Of a stretch of DNA of 64,000 nucleotides, positions 39,156 through 51,600 are shown in pieces. Numbering within the stretch: the first letter of the stretch is position 1; every line of letters starts with the position of its first letter. The notes under the pieces were generated by a model that saw only the letters and a list, made by a program, of their open reading frames with translations, had not been told where the DNA came from and did not search any database. This DNA comes from Eledone cirrhosa (Eukaryota). The position numbers and the translations under genes are program-made. Location of the stretch: NCBI GenBank assembly GCA_964016885.1, contig OZ024742.1, positions 64,294,001 through 64,358,000 of the forward strand. The letters run 5' to 3'.

Positions 39156-39294
39156 AACAGTGACCTCTACATCTCCAAGTAGTTGGCAGTGCATTGCCCT
39201 CTTCTTTGAAACCCACAACACATCTGTCCTGAGATTTGGTGGTTTCCTTTAGTTGGAACTAACATTGGAATTGTCCATATTCAACAAGATGTAT

Positions 39295-39715
39295 GCTATA
39301 GATCACATTATACCAAAGTGTATATACCTATGACTGGAGTCATTCTACAAGAGTAAGGAGTATTACTATAGATCACACTACACCAGTGTATATACCTATG
39401 ACTGGAGTCATTCTACAAGAGTAAGGAGTATTACTATAGATCACACTACACCAGTGTATATACCTATGACTGGGGTCATTCTACAAGAGTAAGGAGTATT
39501 ACTATAGATCACACTACACCAGTGTATATACCTATGACAGGGGTCATTCTACGAGAGTAAGGAGTATTACTATAGACCACACTGTACTAAAGTGTATATA
39601 TCTGTGACAGGAGACATTTTACAACTGTAACGAGTACTGCTATAGATCACACTATACCACAGTGTGTATACCTATGACAGGAGACATTCTACATTAGTAA
39701 GGAGTATTGCTATGG
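39295..39715. repeat. 68-bp minisatellite (~6 units)
   Basis: tatagatcacactacaccagtgtatatacctatgactggagtcattctacaagagtaaggagtattac. Confidence 0.9.
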
Positions 39716-40270
39716 ATTGGATGTTACAGTTTGTAACACCAAAAACAAATAATATAACACCACAAACAAACACACAGACACATAGATAGGTACATACATT
39801 CAGACAGACACACACATTCACAGACATATACACACACAAATACCCAGACAGATACACTGACAGACAGACACACAAACAGACCACCACAGACAGACAAGAT
39901 GAGGGCAATAGTTTATTTAATTCTCACCATTCTTGTAATAAATAGCAGACAATATCAACAACATTTATCTATTCAATTACACTAGCTATTTCGGTATAAC
40001 AACAACCATATAACAAACAAGCTGATTGTTCACCTACTAATAGAAATCTATCAGTCACATTCACAGTAAAAATAAACACCACCACCAACAACACCCCTAA
40101 CAATAACAACAACACCATCACTACAATCAACATCACCAACAACAAGACTAACAATAACAAGAACAACACCATCACCACAACTAACAACACCACCATCACT
40201 ACTACCAGCTACATTACCAACCACACCACCATCACCAACACTAGTAGTGGTTTACCAAGATTCTAGTTAC

Positions 40271-40478
40271 CTCAATCTTCCAGTAGGACATCCGATGGTA
40301 ATAGTTCACAGTTTCCAGTCATAACCGAATCCTCGGAAACTCAGAGAGCTTTCCTTCAGTTTCTTTATTAAAAGTTGGTAAAGAGGGATTGATGCCAATA
40401 CTGTTGCTGTTACTATTTCCAATATCTATAGCGATACTGTCATCAATGCAGTTCTTCTCTTCAGAGTCCAATGACATA
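40271..40478 (-). CDS. Candidate first coding exon of TRAF7 (start either MSYWKIE at 40291, or MSLDSEE at 40477 with an in-frame TGA)
   Basis: Unique sequence with acceptor tgttttgttcag and phase-0 donor GAG|gtaact that fits the next exon; no homology support. Confidence 0.45.
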
Positions 40479-40939
40479 CTGAACAAAACAGCAACAACAA
40501 CAGCAGCAGCAGCAGGGTGTGATGGAAGCCAGCTATCTCCCCTCTGACCGATACCACCACTTCCACAACCACCACTCCTGCATTAGTCTTCTCTACCAGC
40601 ATCACCACCACACCTATATCACAGTTCCTTCCCCCCAGGGGGTTTCAGATGATGAGGCCCATTATAGATGAGAGCAGATGGATGACAGGTAGGGTGGAGG
40701 GGGTGAACATTCCTCAAAGACTACACATATATCTCAATATACACACATCTCTCTCTCATATATATACATATATATATATGTATACACACACACACACACA
40801 CACACACATCTGCTGTGAGTGAAGTTGCTAATTAATCAGGTTGAATGTAAAAAAAAACTGAAGATATAAATACATAGAGAGAGATGTGTATATAGAAATA
40901 TATAGATACAGGTATATAGCTATATGTATACAGATATGT

Positions 40940-40944
40940 GTAAG

Positions 40945-40976
<32 letters not shown>

Positions 40977-41169
40977 TATATATATATATATATATACATA
41001 TACACGTATATATATATATATATATATATACACACGTATATATATATATATATATACACGTATATATATATACACGTATATATATATATATATATATATA
41101 CACACGTATATATATATATATATATATACACGTATATATATATACATGTATATATATATATATACATAC

Positions 41170-41225
<56 letters not shown>

Positions 41226-41435
41226 GTATATATATATATATAATGGAAAATTTGAACAGGAACAAGACAGAAGTACAACGAATGTTTATTAATTTCACGC
41301 TCTTGAGAGTGGGGTGGTGGTGGGGAACAACGTTTCGGGCATAAGGCCTACTTCAGGTGAAAAGTGTGTGGGAAGAGAGTTCAAAGGGTGTGTAGGGGAG
41401 TGGTGGAGAGACACGTATGTATATATATATACACG

Positions 41436-41508
<73 letters not shown>

Positions 41509-41582
41509 GTATATATATATATATATGTATATATACGTGTGTATATATATATATATACACACATGTATATATATATATATAT
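40940..41582. repeat. Compound (TA)n microsatellite punctuated by CACG; similar tracts at 42640-42755 and 43216-43415
   Basis: tatatatacacacgtatatata pattern. Confidence 0.95.
41242..41416 (-). mobile_element. Penelope-like terminal fragment with a degenerate minimal hammerhead motif and AATAAA, embedded in (TA)n
   Basis: Minus strand CTGAAGTAGGCCTTATGCCCGAAACGTT followed ~40 nt later by AATAAA. Confidence 0.5.
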
Positions 41583-41584
41583 GC

Positions 41585-42432
41585 AGACTAGAGAGGAACG
41601 AAGCTTGCATGCTCCGCTGGATGTGCAATAGTAATATACGTGAACGGCAAAGCATAAACGAACTAAGGAAAAAATTAGAAATAAGAGGGATCAGATGTTG
41701 TTTACTCGAGAGAAGGCTACGTTGGTACGGTCACGTGATGCGCATGAAAGACGACAGCTGTATAACAAAGTGCAGGGCAATAAAGATAGACGGTAGCCAC
41801 GGAGTAGGCAGACCCAGAAAAACATGGGACGAGCTGATAAATTCCGACCTCACACGCTTACACCTCTCCAAGACAATGTCACTGGACCGAGACCTTTGGC
41901 GGTACTCAGTAATAGAGAAGACCCGCCTTACCTAAATACAAAGTAAAAACCTACTACAGTCAGTAGGCATCTCTATCAAAACACCCCCCCGTCCCACCAC
42001 CTCCACACCGCCCCTTTCAATGTACAGTTATGTTGGTCCCACAACATCCAGGCCGAAACAAATGAGATCGTGTAGGTGTCACGACAAAAAAACACACAGT
42101 CCACGCTGTAAATGTGGCCGTGTAGGCAACACGGTAAAAACCTCCCAGACCCACACTGTAAATGTGGTTGGTGTTAGGAAGGGCATCCAGCTGTAGAAAA
42201 CCCGCCAGACAGTCCACGCTGTAATGTGGCCGTGTAGGCAACACGGTAAAAACCTCCCAGCCCCACACTGTAAATGTGGTTGGTGTTAGGAAGGGCATCC
42301 AACTAGAAAACCCGCCAGACAGTCCTATGCGAGCAAGACAACCACTCTTGCCTCAAGTGGGAAAACCCCCGTCCAAACCCATGCAAGCGTGGAACACGGA
42401 CGCTAAACCTGATGATGATGATGATGATGATA
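41585..42432 (+). mobile_element. RTE 3' fragment inserted after (TA)n
   Basis: Close reverse-complement match to 48625-49295; (GAT)n tail. Confidence 0.9.
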
Positions 42433-42664
42433 CAACGTTTGAACCTGTAAAGCCAAACAATGCAGGTATGGACATAAATAAAAAAAAAATGCAAATGCAA
42501 AAATTATTGTTGACAATTAGTCTTTTACCTTAGATTTATTTAAATGTCCTTAATTTTCGAGATAATATCTCTTCTTCGGAGGTAAGTAAAGCGGTTAAAC
42601 CAGTGTTCTAAATAGCATGCCAAGTCAGGCTGACAGGAATATATATATATATATGTGTATATAC

Positions 42665-42711
<47 letters not shown>

Positions 42712-42756
42712 TACGTATATGTATGTATCATCATGAATGTGTAAGTATATATATAT

Positions 42757-43216
42757 TCACCTCTCCAAGACAATGTCACTGGACCGAGATCTTTGGCGCT
42801 ACAGTCATACAGAAGACCCGCCTTGCCTAAGTACAAATGGAAACCTACAGTCAGTAGGCACCTCTAACAAAATACACCGCCCCCCGTCCCACTACCCCCA
42901 CACCATCCACACCACCCCCTTAACTGTGAAGTTATGTTGGTACCACAACATCCAGTCCGAAACAAATGAGGTCGTGTAGGTGTCACAACAAAAAAAACAC
43001 ACAGTCCACGCTGTAATGTGGCTGTGTAGGTAACACGGTAAAAACCTCCCAGTCCACACTGTAAACGTGGTTGGTGTTAGGAAGGGCATCCAGCCGTAGA
43101 AAATCTGCCAGACAGTCCTATACGAGCAGGACAACAAATCTTGCCTCAAGTGGGAAAATTCCCGTCCAAACCCATGCAAGCGTGAAAGATGGACATTAAA
43201 CAATGATGATGATGAT
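42757..43216 (+). mobile_element. RTE 3' end fragment in (TA)n
   Basis: [15 protein letters not shown] plus 3' UTR and (GAT)n tail. Confidence 0.88.
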
Positions 43217-43250
43217 ATACGTGTGTATATATATATATATGTATATATAC

Positions 43251-43294
<44 letters not shown>

Positions 43295-43319
43295 GTGTAT
43301 ATATATATATATATATATA

Positions 43320-43364
<45 letters not shown>

Positions 43365-43427
43365 GTATATATATGTATATATACGTGTGTGTGTATATAT
43401 ATATACGTATCTGTATGTATCATCATC

Positions 43428-44101
43428 AGGGTGTCTTGGCATCACTCAGCAAGACCTTTGTTAGCCGCTCTCCAGACATCTATTTAAAGCTGTATACAGC
43501 TATGGTACGACCACACTTGGAATTTGCATCATCAGTCTGGAACCCCTATCTTGCTCAGAACATTGACCTCCTGGAAACTGTTCAGAGACGTGCAACCAAG
43601 CGCATACCCTCCATCAGACACCTACCATACTCTGAACGCCTTGCTACCCTGGGCATGGATTCATTGAAGCTCCGACGTCTGGCAATGGACTTGGTAAACA
43701 CCCACAAAGTTATTAACCATCTCGCAACAACAACCCTGAGCACCTTTTTGATCTCCATGTGTCTAACACACGTGGACATGCCTACAAAATCAGAAAACAG
43801 CACAGCTCCCATGACTTTCGGAAACATTTTTTCATGCTTAGAGTTGCTGAAGCATGGAACAAACTGCCTGCATCAGTTGTTAGCTGTTGGGACACTGCAT
43901 CCTTTAAAACACTCATGCTTCCCGAAATACGCCAAAACTACACCTGATGTACTCCTTCCATACACATGCACACGTGTATATCATGACTCAGACACTGTTC
44001 ATTTTCGTGACGTTTGTACATTACCCTATGTACAATACATACAATTTTGATGAGTTGTAGTGCACCTGAGCACTGTACACAATATTTTCATTATTATTAT
44101 C

Positions 44102-44105
<4 letters not shown>
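43428..44105 (+). mobile_element. 5'-truncated CR1 copy
   Basis: [15 protein letters not shown]...WNKLP; (ATT)n tail. Confidence 0.9.
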
Positions 44106-44174
<69 letters not shown>

Positions 44175-44375
44175 AGAGAGAGATATGTGTATATTTACCT
44201 AAATATAACAAGTTTAAGCTACTAATAAACAGACCTACATAAATGACATGCTTTTTAGCATTGGTAGTAGCGGTGGTGATGGTGGTGGTTGTGGTGGTAG
44301 ACTTCTATTTGCTGTATCCTATATCAAGTTACCAACAGTAATATAGCTGAGTTTGTGTGTATATATACATACACA

Positions 44376-44406
<31 letters not shown>

Positions 44407-45275
44407 TGTGTGTGAGAGTGTGTACATATAATATAGTGAGTGATAAAGGTGAGAAACAGTGAGGTTATATGTGGAGAGAGAGAAACCAAGAAATGCTGAG
44501 AGTGGAAAATGAAAGACATAGGAAGGTGAGATAAAGAGAAAAATGACTGGTAAAGGAGGGAGAAATGGGAGATGAAGAAAGGGAAGGGGAAAAAAGAGTA
44601 ACAGACAAACAAAGAAAGAGTGAAGGGAAAGAATACAGTGAAAGAAAGAATAAAGGAAGAGAAAGTGAGATTTATAAGGAAGGAGGGAGAAAGGGAAAGA
44701 TGTTTCTTTTACTGGAGAATATGGAATGTTATAAGGATGAAGAAAGTGACTGAATATTGTATATTACTGGTATATAGATTAGTTGGAGGATGAAGAAATA
44801 TGAAGTTAACACCAATCAAATGTGAATTGCAATCTAAAACTTGCAGTCCATCACTTTTATGGTTTGGTGTAATTAATGGCAGATGTTGTTACATAAGGTA
44901 GAGATTTATAAGTCTCAGTCCAGAAATTAATGGCAGATGTACATATAGTATACATCTGTAGGTCTCAGTCAAGTGTTATTAGTGGCAGACGTTTTTGCTG
45001 TACATGATAAAGACATCTGTAGGTTTCTGTCTGGTGTAATTAATGGCAGATGCCACCTTTGTACAAAAGGTAAATATCTGTAGGTCTCAGTCTGGTGTAA
45101 TTAAAGACAGTAGTTGAATTTACACTTCTGTATGTCCTAAATCTGGTGTGATTAATGGTTTTCATTGTGAACATCTGTAGGTGAAAGCCAGCATGTAAAA
45201 AAGTGGGTATTCAGTTAGAAATATACAGTTCTGAGAAAGAATATTTGAGAAAAGTGTTCAAAGCAAGATCTAGAA

Positions 45276-45465
45276 CAGGGGTCGGCAATCCCTGGCCCAC
45301 GGGTCACATCTGGCCTACCCACAGGTTTCAATCTTAGGCTAAATGATCCCTGAAAAAGAGCTCTGAATTAGAATACCAACTGGAGAACTGCATAGCTATG
45401 TGGCCTGCTAATGAGACATTGCACATCAATGTGGCCCGCACACCCCAAAAGGTTGCTAACCCCTG
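45276..45465. mobile_element. hAT (Charlie-like) MITE
   Basis: TIRs CAGGGGTCGGCAA / TTGCTAACCCCTG; 8-bp TSD ATCTAGAA/ATCTAGGA matching NTCTAGAN. Confidence 0.85.
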
Positions 45466-47541
45466 ATCTAGGATAAGATATGGTACAAATATGATCTGTG
45501 CTTTTAATCCCCACTCCAAACTGAGTGACATCGTGTGTAGTTTCTTCTGGGCATTAAAATTACAGCTGACCCATAGAAAACTAAGTATATATGTTTTGCT
45601 CATGCCAAAGACAATTTTGTTTTTGTAAGAGATCTCATCAATGAATATTTGTTTACAACACAGACACACACTCATAGAGTAACTACTAACATGACCAACC
45701 TTTCCTATATAATCAATCATTTGCCTCTGTAAAAGTGTGTGTATGTGTGTGTGCGCATGTGCATGTGTGTAAACTGAATTTCAAGCCTTGTGCAAGATTC
45801 AATAGGTGAGTTTTACATTTTTTGTATCCTTATATATTTCTTAGTAAAAAATGGCTGACTTGCTTTTATATATACACATGAACACATACACACAACCTAT
45901 ATTTGTGTATGAGTGGATGTATATTTAATTGTGAAATTACAAGAGAATGAGCAAAATGAGCATGCTTCGCTGGATGTGTAATGTTAGAGTGCATAAATGA
46001 CGAAGCACAGGATTGAAAGAAAACTAACTGGGTATAACAGAAGTTGGATGTTGCATGCCAGAGAAAGATTGCCCTGGTACAGACATGTAATAGGTACAGA
46101 TACTGATAATTAGGTGAGGACATGCTAGGAGTTACAAATGGAAGATATGATAGAACAAGGAAGGAAGACATGGGCAGAAGTGGTGAAAGTTGATTTCAGG
46201 CAATTGAACCAAATAAATCATCATCATCACCACTGTTTAACATCTATATTTCCTGTTTGCATAGGTTAGACAAAGGAGATGACAAACGAATGAGCCAAGT
46301 GTCTAAACCTTGCAAGCATGGAAAATAGTGTAAATATGATGATGATGGCTAAAGAATGAACAATTCACATTTCAAATACAGGTGATACATTTTGGTTATG
46401 GTCAAGACCTTTAAATCACACAGGTTCAATCCACTCAACCATAAGTTCCATGGTAGATATACAGGTATACTGACTCAAAGTGGAAAACCTAGCTGATGTT
46501 AAAGGAATTTACAATCATTTACTTGCCAGACGGAGTCATTAGGTCATTGGGCAAATATGCCTCAATCAATAAATAAAGTATCAGTCTAATACTGGGGCTC
46601 GATTCTTCCTCTTTATCTGAAAGATGGGTGGGATTCACCATGCTTAAAATGCTCCTCAAACTCTATCAGGAATTAAGGGACCTTTACCTTTTCTGACAGG
46701 AGCTGCAACCAGCAGATAGTATCAGCAATTGAAAAATCAATGAAAATATTGATTCCTTGGTCCCAATTTGACCATCAGCTCACTTTCTTTTTCCTTGTCC
46801 GACTTCCAGGAAAGAGAAATCTGAGTCCCTCTATTGGGAGTTGGTCAAGATTGAAGGAGGATTTTATACCCATCACTGCAGCATCAGGAAACATACTTGC
46901 TAGAAAGAAGGCACACAAAATTCCAAAGACGCAGTCATGGTAGCATGTTAATGCTAGTTTGTGTATGCACAAAAAACAAGTATTTGATGTATAGTACTTG
47001 TGGGAAGAGTGATTGTTTTTTAGCCCTTGGTCGGCCCTGATAGAGCACACCAATGAACAAAGGTACCCAAGTCATGACCAGCCAGTCATTTATTTCGAGT
47101 GGTATGCATTGAGAACAACATTATCCAAAATGTTTCTTTTGACAAAATGATGAAATTTGAGGGACATTTGGCTGCTATTTCTATCAGGCAGAGTGATTAC
47201 ATACAGTGTGCAGTCTAATGCATATGAGGTTGTTAAGTGGGATAATATAAACCCAGATATGTATATATATCATCATTTCATTTTACGTCCCGCTTTTCCC
47301 TGCTTGCAAGGGTGGGACGGGAACTGATTTTGGCTTGATTTCTACAGCTGGATGCCCTTCCTAACACCAACCTCATTTACAGTGAGTGCTGGGTGCTTTT
47401 TTGCCGTGGCGCCTACACGTCCACTTTGCAGTGGAATGATAGGGAACCCAGTCCCTATCATCTCATTTCTACAGCTGAATAAACTGGAGCAATGTGAAAT
47501 AAAGTGTCTTGCTCAAGGAAACAACACATCACCCGGTCTGA

Positions 47542-47607
<66 letters not shown>

Positions 47608-47689
47608 ATATATATATCATCATCATCGTTGTTTTAACGTCTACTTACCCTTATATATGTGTATATGTGAGTGTATATATGTATGGGAG

Positions 47690-48622
47690 GACCCTTCAGT
47701 CGTGTCCTTGTGAGGCAACTACAGGAGAAGTGCCTAGCTAAAAGTAAACTCCTGTACTTGGCATTTGTGGACTGAAGAAAGCTGTAGACAGACTTCCTTG
47801 TTCCATTATCTGGTGGGCTCTTAGAAAACTAGGAGTAGATGAGTAGCTTGTGAAGGCAGTAAAAGCCATGTATAGAAGAACAGTCAGCAATATCAGAATT
47901 AACGTCTATAGTGAGGATTTTAGCATGCTGGTCAGTGTCCATCAGGGCTCAGTTCATGTACATTATTGTTTTGCAGTCTATAACAGTAGTTTAAGACTGG
48001 CTGCTCATGGGAACTTCTGTATGCAGATGACCTAACCCTTATAGCTGAATATATGGCAGAATTAGAGAAGAAATTCCAAATCTGGAAGCATGGCCTAGAA
48101 ACAAAAGGTTTTAAAGTTAACTTGTCAAAGACTAAAGTCCTAGCATGTATAAAGGAAAATAGGGCCCAGATTCCTTTAGGGAATTGGCCTAGTTCAGTGT
48201 GGAGAAAATGCAAACTATGACTACACAAGAAATGTAGTGGAATCTCAGGCAGGCTAGCAAAGAACAGAGGTTTAATATGTGGCAGATGCACAAGAGCAGA
48301 AAGTAGCAAGAGACCACTGGATACTAGCTCTTTAAAATGCTCAGAGGGCTCTGTAGAAATAGTAGATAGTTTCTGTTACCTGGGTGACCAAATTAGCAGT
48401 GGGGCAGGGTGTTCTGAAAGAGTGAGAACGGTTTAGAGAAAGTTCAAGGAGCTACTACTGCTGTTAACTGCAAAAGGATTATTCCTCAAAATGAAGGCCA
48501 GATTGTATGATGCATGTATACAAACAGCAATGTTGCATAGTAGTGAGATATGGGCACAGGTGCAGAGGACTTGCGAAGATAGGAAAGAAATGAAGCTTGC
48601 ATGCTTCAATGGATGTGTAATA
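47690..48622 (+). mobile_element. Older degenerate RTE RT fragment, abutting the near full-length copy in opposite orientation
   Basis: Degenerate WWALRKLGVDE, HQGSV, LLYADDL, FCYLGD, LYDAC. Confidence 0.85.
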
Positions 48623-48624
48623 GT

Positions 48625-51600
48625 GTTGAGGCAAGATTTGTTGTCCTGCTCGTATAGGACTGTCTGGCGGGTTTTCTACAGTTGGATGCCCTTCCTAACA
48701 CCAACCACATTTACAGTGTGGGTCTGGGAGGTTTTTACCGTGTTGCCTACACGGCCACATTACAGCGTGGACTGTGTGTTTTTTTATCGTGACACCTACA
48801 CGATCTCATTTGTTTCGGCCTGGATGGTGTGGCACCAACATAACTTTACATAGAAGGGGGCGGTGTGGATGGGGTGGGGGTGGTGGGACGGGGGTGTATT
48901 TTGTTAGAGATGCCTACTGACTGTAGTAGGTTTTACTTTGTATTTAGGTAAGGCGGGTCTTCTCTATTACTGAGTACCGCCAAAGGTCTCGGTCCAGTGA
49001 CATTGTCTTGGTGAGGTGTAAGTGTGTGAGGTCGGAGTTTATCAGCTCGTCCCAGGTTTTTCTGGGTCTGCCTATTCCGTGGCTACCGTCTATCTTTATT
49101 GCCCTGCACTTTGTTATACAGCTATCGTCCTTCATGCGCATCACGTGACCATACCAATGTAGCCTTCTCTCGAGTAAACAACATCTGATCCCTCTTATTT
49201 CTAATTTTTTCCTTAGTTCGTTTATGCTTTGTCGTTCACGTATATTACTATTACACATCCAGCGGAGCATGCAAGCTTCGTTTCTCTCTAGTCTGCGTAT
49301 ATCCTCTGCACACAATGCCCAGGTCTCACTGCCATGCAACATTGCTGTTCGTATGCAGGCATCGTACAACCTGCCTTTCATTTTTAGGGAGAACCCTTTA
49401 GCGGCTAATAGTGGTATAAGCTCTCTGAACTTTTTCCACCCAGTTCTGACTCTAGCTACTGTACTTTCAGAGCACCCTCCCCCACTGCTGATTTTGTCAC
49501 CCAGGTAACGGAAGCTGTCCACTATTTCTATAGAACCCTCTGCGCAGTTGAAAGAGCTAGTATTTTGTGGGCACTTGCTGCTACTTATTGCCCCAGAACA
49601 CCGGCCACATGTAAAATCTATGTTCTTAGTTAGCTTACCTGTGATCCCACTACATCTTTTATGAACCCAAACTTTGCATTTGGGACACAAAATGGAATTT
49701 CTACCTACGCCTTTCCTACACTCTGCGCATGGCCACTTCCCGGAGGGGGCCGCCGCCTTATTTTCTTTCTTACAAACTAGAACTTTAGTCTTAGCCAGGT
49801 TAATTTTAAGGCCTTTTGATTCTAGCCCGTGCTTCCATGTTTGGAATTTCTTCTCTAGCTCGGCCATTGATTCAGCTATGAGCGTTAGATCATCTGCGTA
49901 TAGGAGTTCCCATGGGCAGCCGGTCTTGAACTCCACTGTTATAGCCTGGAGGGCAATAATAAATAGTAGGGGCTAAGAACAGAGCCCTGATGAACACCAA
50001 CTTTTACACTAAACTCTTCACTATATTCGTTGTTAATTCTAACCTTGCTGACTGTTTCTTTATACATGGCTTGTATAGCTCTCACAAGCCATTCATCGAC
50101 ACCTAGTTTTCTAAGAGCCCACCAGATAATGGAACGGGGGACTCTGTCGAAGGCCTTCTCCAAGTCGACGAAAGCTAAGTATAGGGGTTTACTTTTAGCT
50201 AGGTACTTCTCCTGTAGTTGTCGTACAATGAAAAGAGCGTCTGTGGTACTTTTTCCTGACACAAACCCGAACTGCATTTCATCTAGATCAATTCGCTCTC
50301 TCATTAGTTGCGCTATTACTTTTTCCGTGACCTTCATGACCTGGTCGATTAATTTAATGCCTCTATAGTTACTCCTATCTAGGGCATCTCCTTTACCCTT
50401 ATAACAGTTAACGATAATGCTGCTACGCCAGTCCTTCGGAACAACCCCATTCTGTATGACTTGGTTGACTATCCGGGTGACCATGGTGTGTCCCACCGTA
50501 CCAGATGCCTTCAGCATCTCGGCAACTATTTCCGAAGGCCCAGCCGCCTTGCCTGTCTTCATATCTTTGATTGCCTTACTTATTATACTACCCTCGACTA
50601 ACACTGCTGGTCCCTCTATTGGGTCGATGTGGGGGAGACTGTCTTTCTCCCATTTATTCTCCTCGTTGAGTAGCCTTTCATAGTGACACTTCCAAGCTAC
50701 CTTCTTATCGGCGTCGGTGATGGCAAGTACGCCGTCATCGTTAAGTACACACTTCTCCCCGACAATATCACTGTTTTCCTTGACACATTGCCTAGCAATC
50801 CTGAACAGCTCACGTTTTTGGTCCTCACGTTGTAGAACATGCTTGAACTTTCTTTCCTCTGCTTCCCTTCTTGCGAAGTACACTTGTCTCCTAGCTTCCC
50901 TCCCGGCCACTTGATAGTCTTCTCTGCTTCCCCCATCCCGCCATACTTTCCAAGCCTGCTTTTTGGCCTTAATTGACCCCTCCACCTTACTGTTCCACCA
51001 CCATGTTACTCTCCTCCTGCCTACAGGCCTGCTCCAGCCACAGACTTCGTCTGTCGCCGTCAGCAGGTTTGCTTTCAGGAATTCCCACTGTTCCTCTACC
51101 TTGTACGACTCTATTTGCTCTTCCTTACTGTCGAAAGCATCAAGTAATATGCTTTGGAATTTATTTTTGGCTGTGGGGTCCTTTAGCTTCCATATTTTTC
51201 TCCTGAGGGTAGTCCTCTTCTGTTGCCTAGTACGTGAGGGTAGTCCTCTTCTGTTGCCTAGTACGTCTCGTCCTGACTATTAGGTCGCTAATTATCAGTC
51301 TATGTTGGGAGGTGCATTCTTCATGGGGGAGGGATTTAGTGTTTACAACAGTCACTTTGTCACGTCTTCTGGTAAGGATATAATCTACCTGGCTGGTATG
51401 TTCCCCTGAACTGTAGGTGATCAAGTGATTGTCTCGTTTTTTGAAGTTAGTGTTGCAGATAGTTAGGTTATTTGCGTCACAGAATTCCAGGATTCTGGAG
51501 CCTTCCTCATTTCTAGTACCAAACCCATAGCCTCCATGGATTTCGTCGTAGCCGTCACAATGTTGTCCAACGTGACCGTTTAGGTCGCCTGCAATAATTA

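Noticed and set aside
40319-40321. Selenocysteine codon
   Set aside because: No selenoprotein-like context, and the 3' UTR (where a SECIS would lie) is outside the window; unsupported
40828-44242. Many IYIYIY/YTCV ORFs
   Set aside because: Translations of (TA)n/(CA)n microsatellites, some running into LINE fragments
46775-47053. 92-aa ORF as a small membrane protein
   Set aside because: Non-ATG start, no recognisable family, and its upstream part overlaps repeat-like sequence
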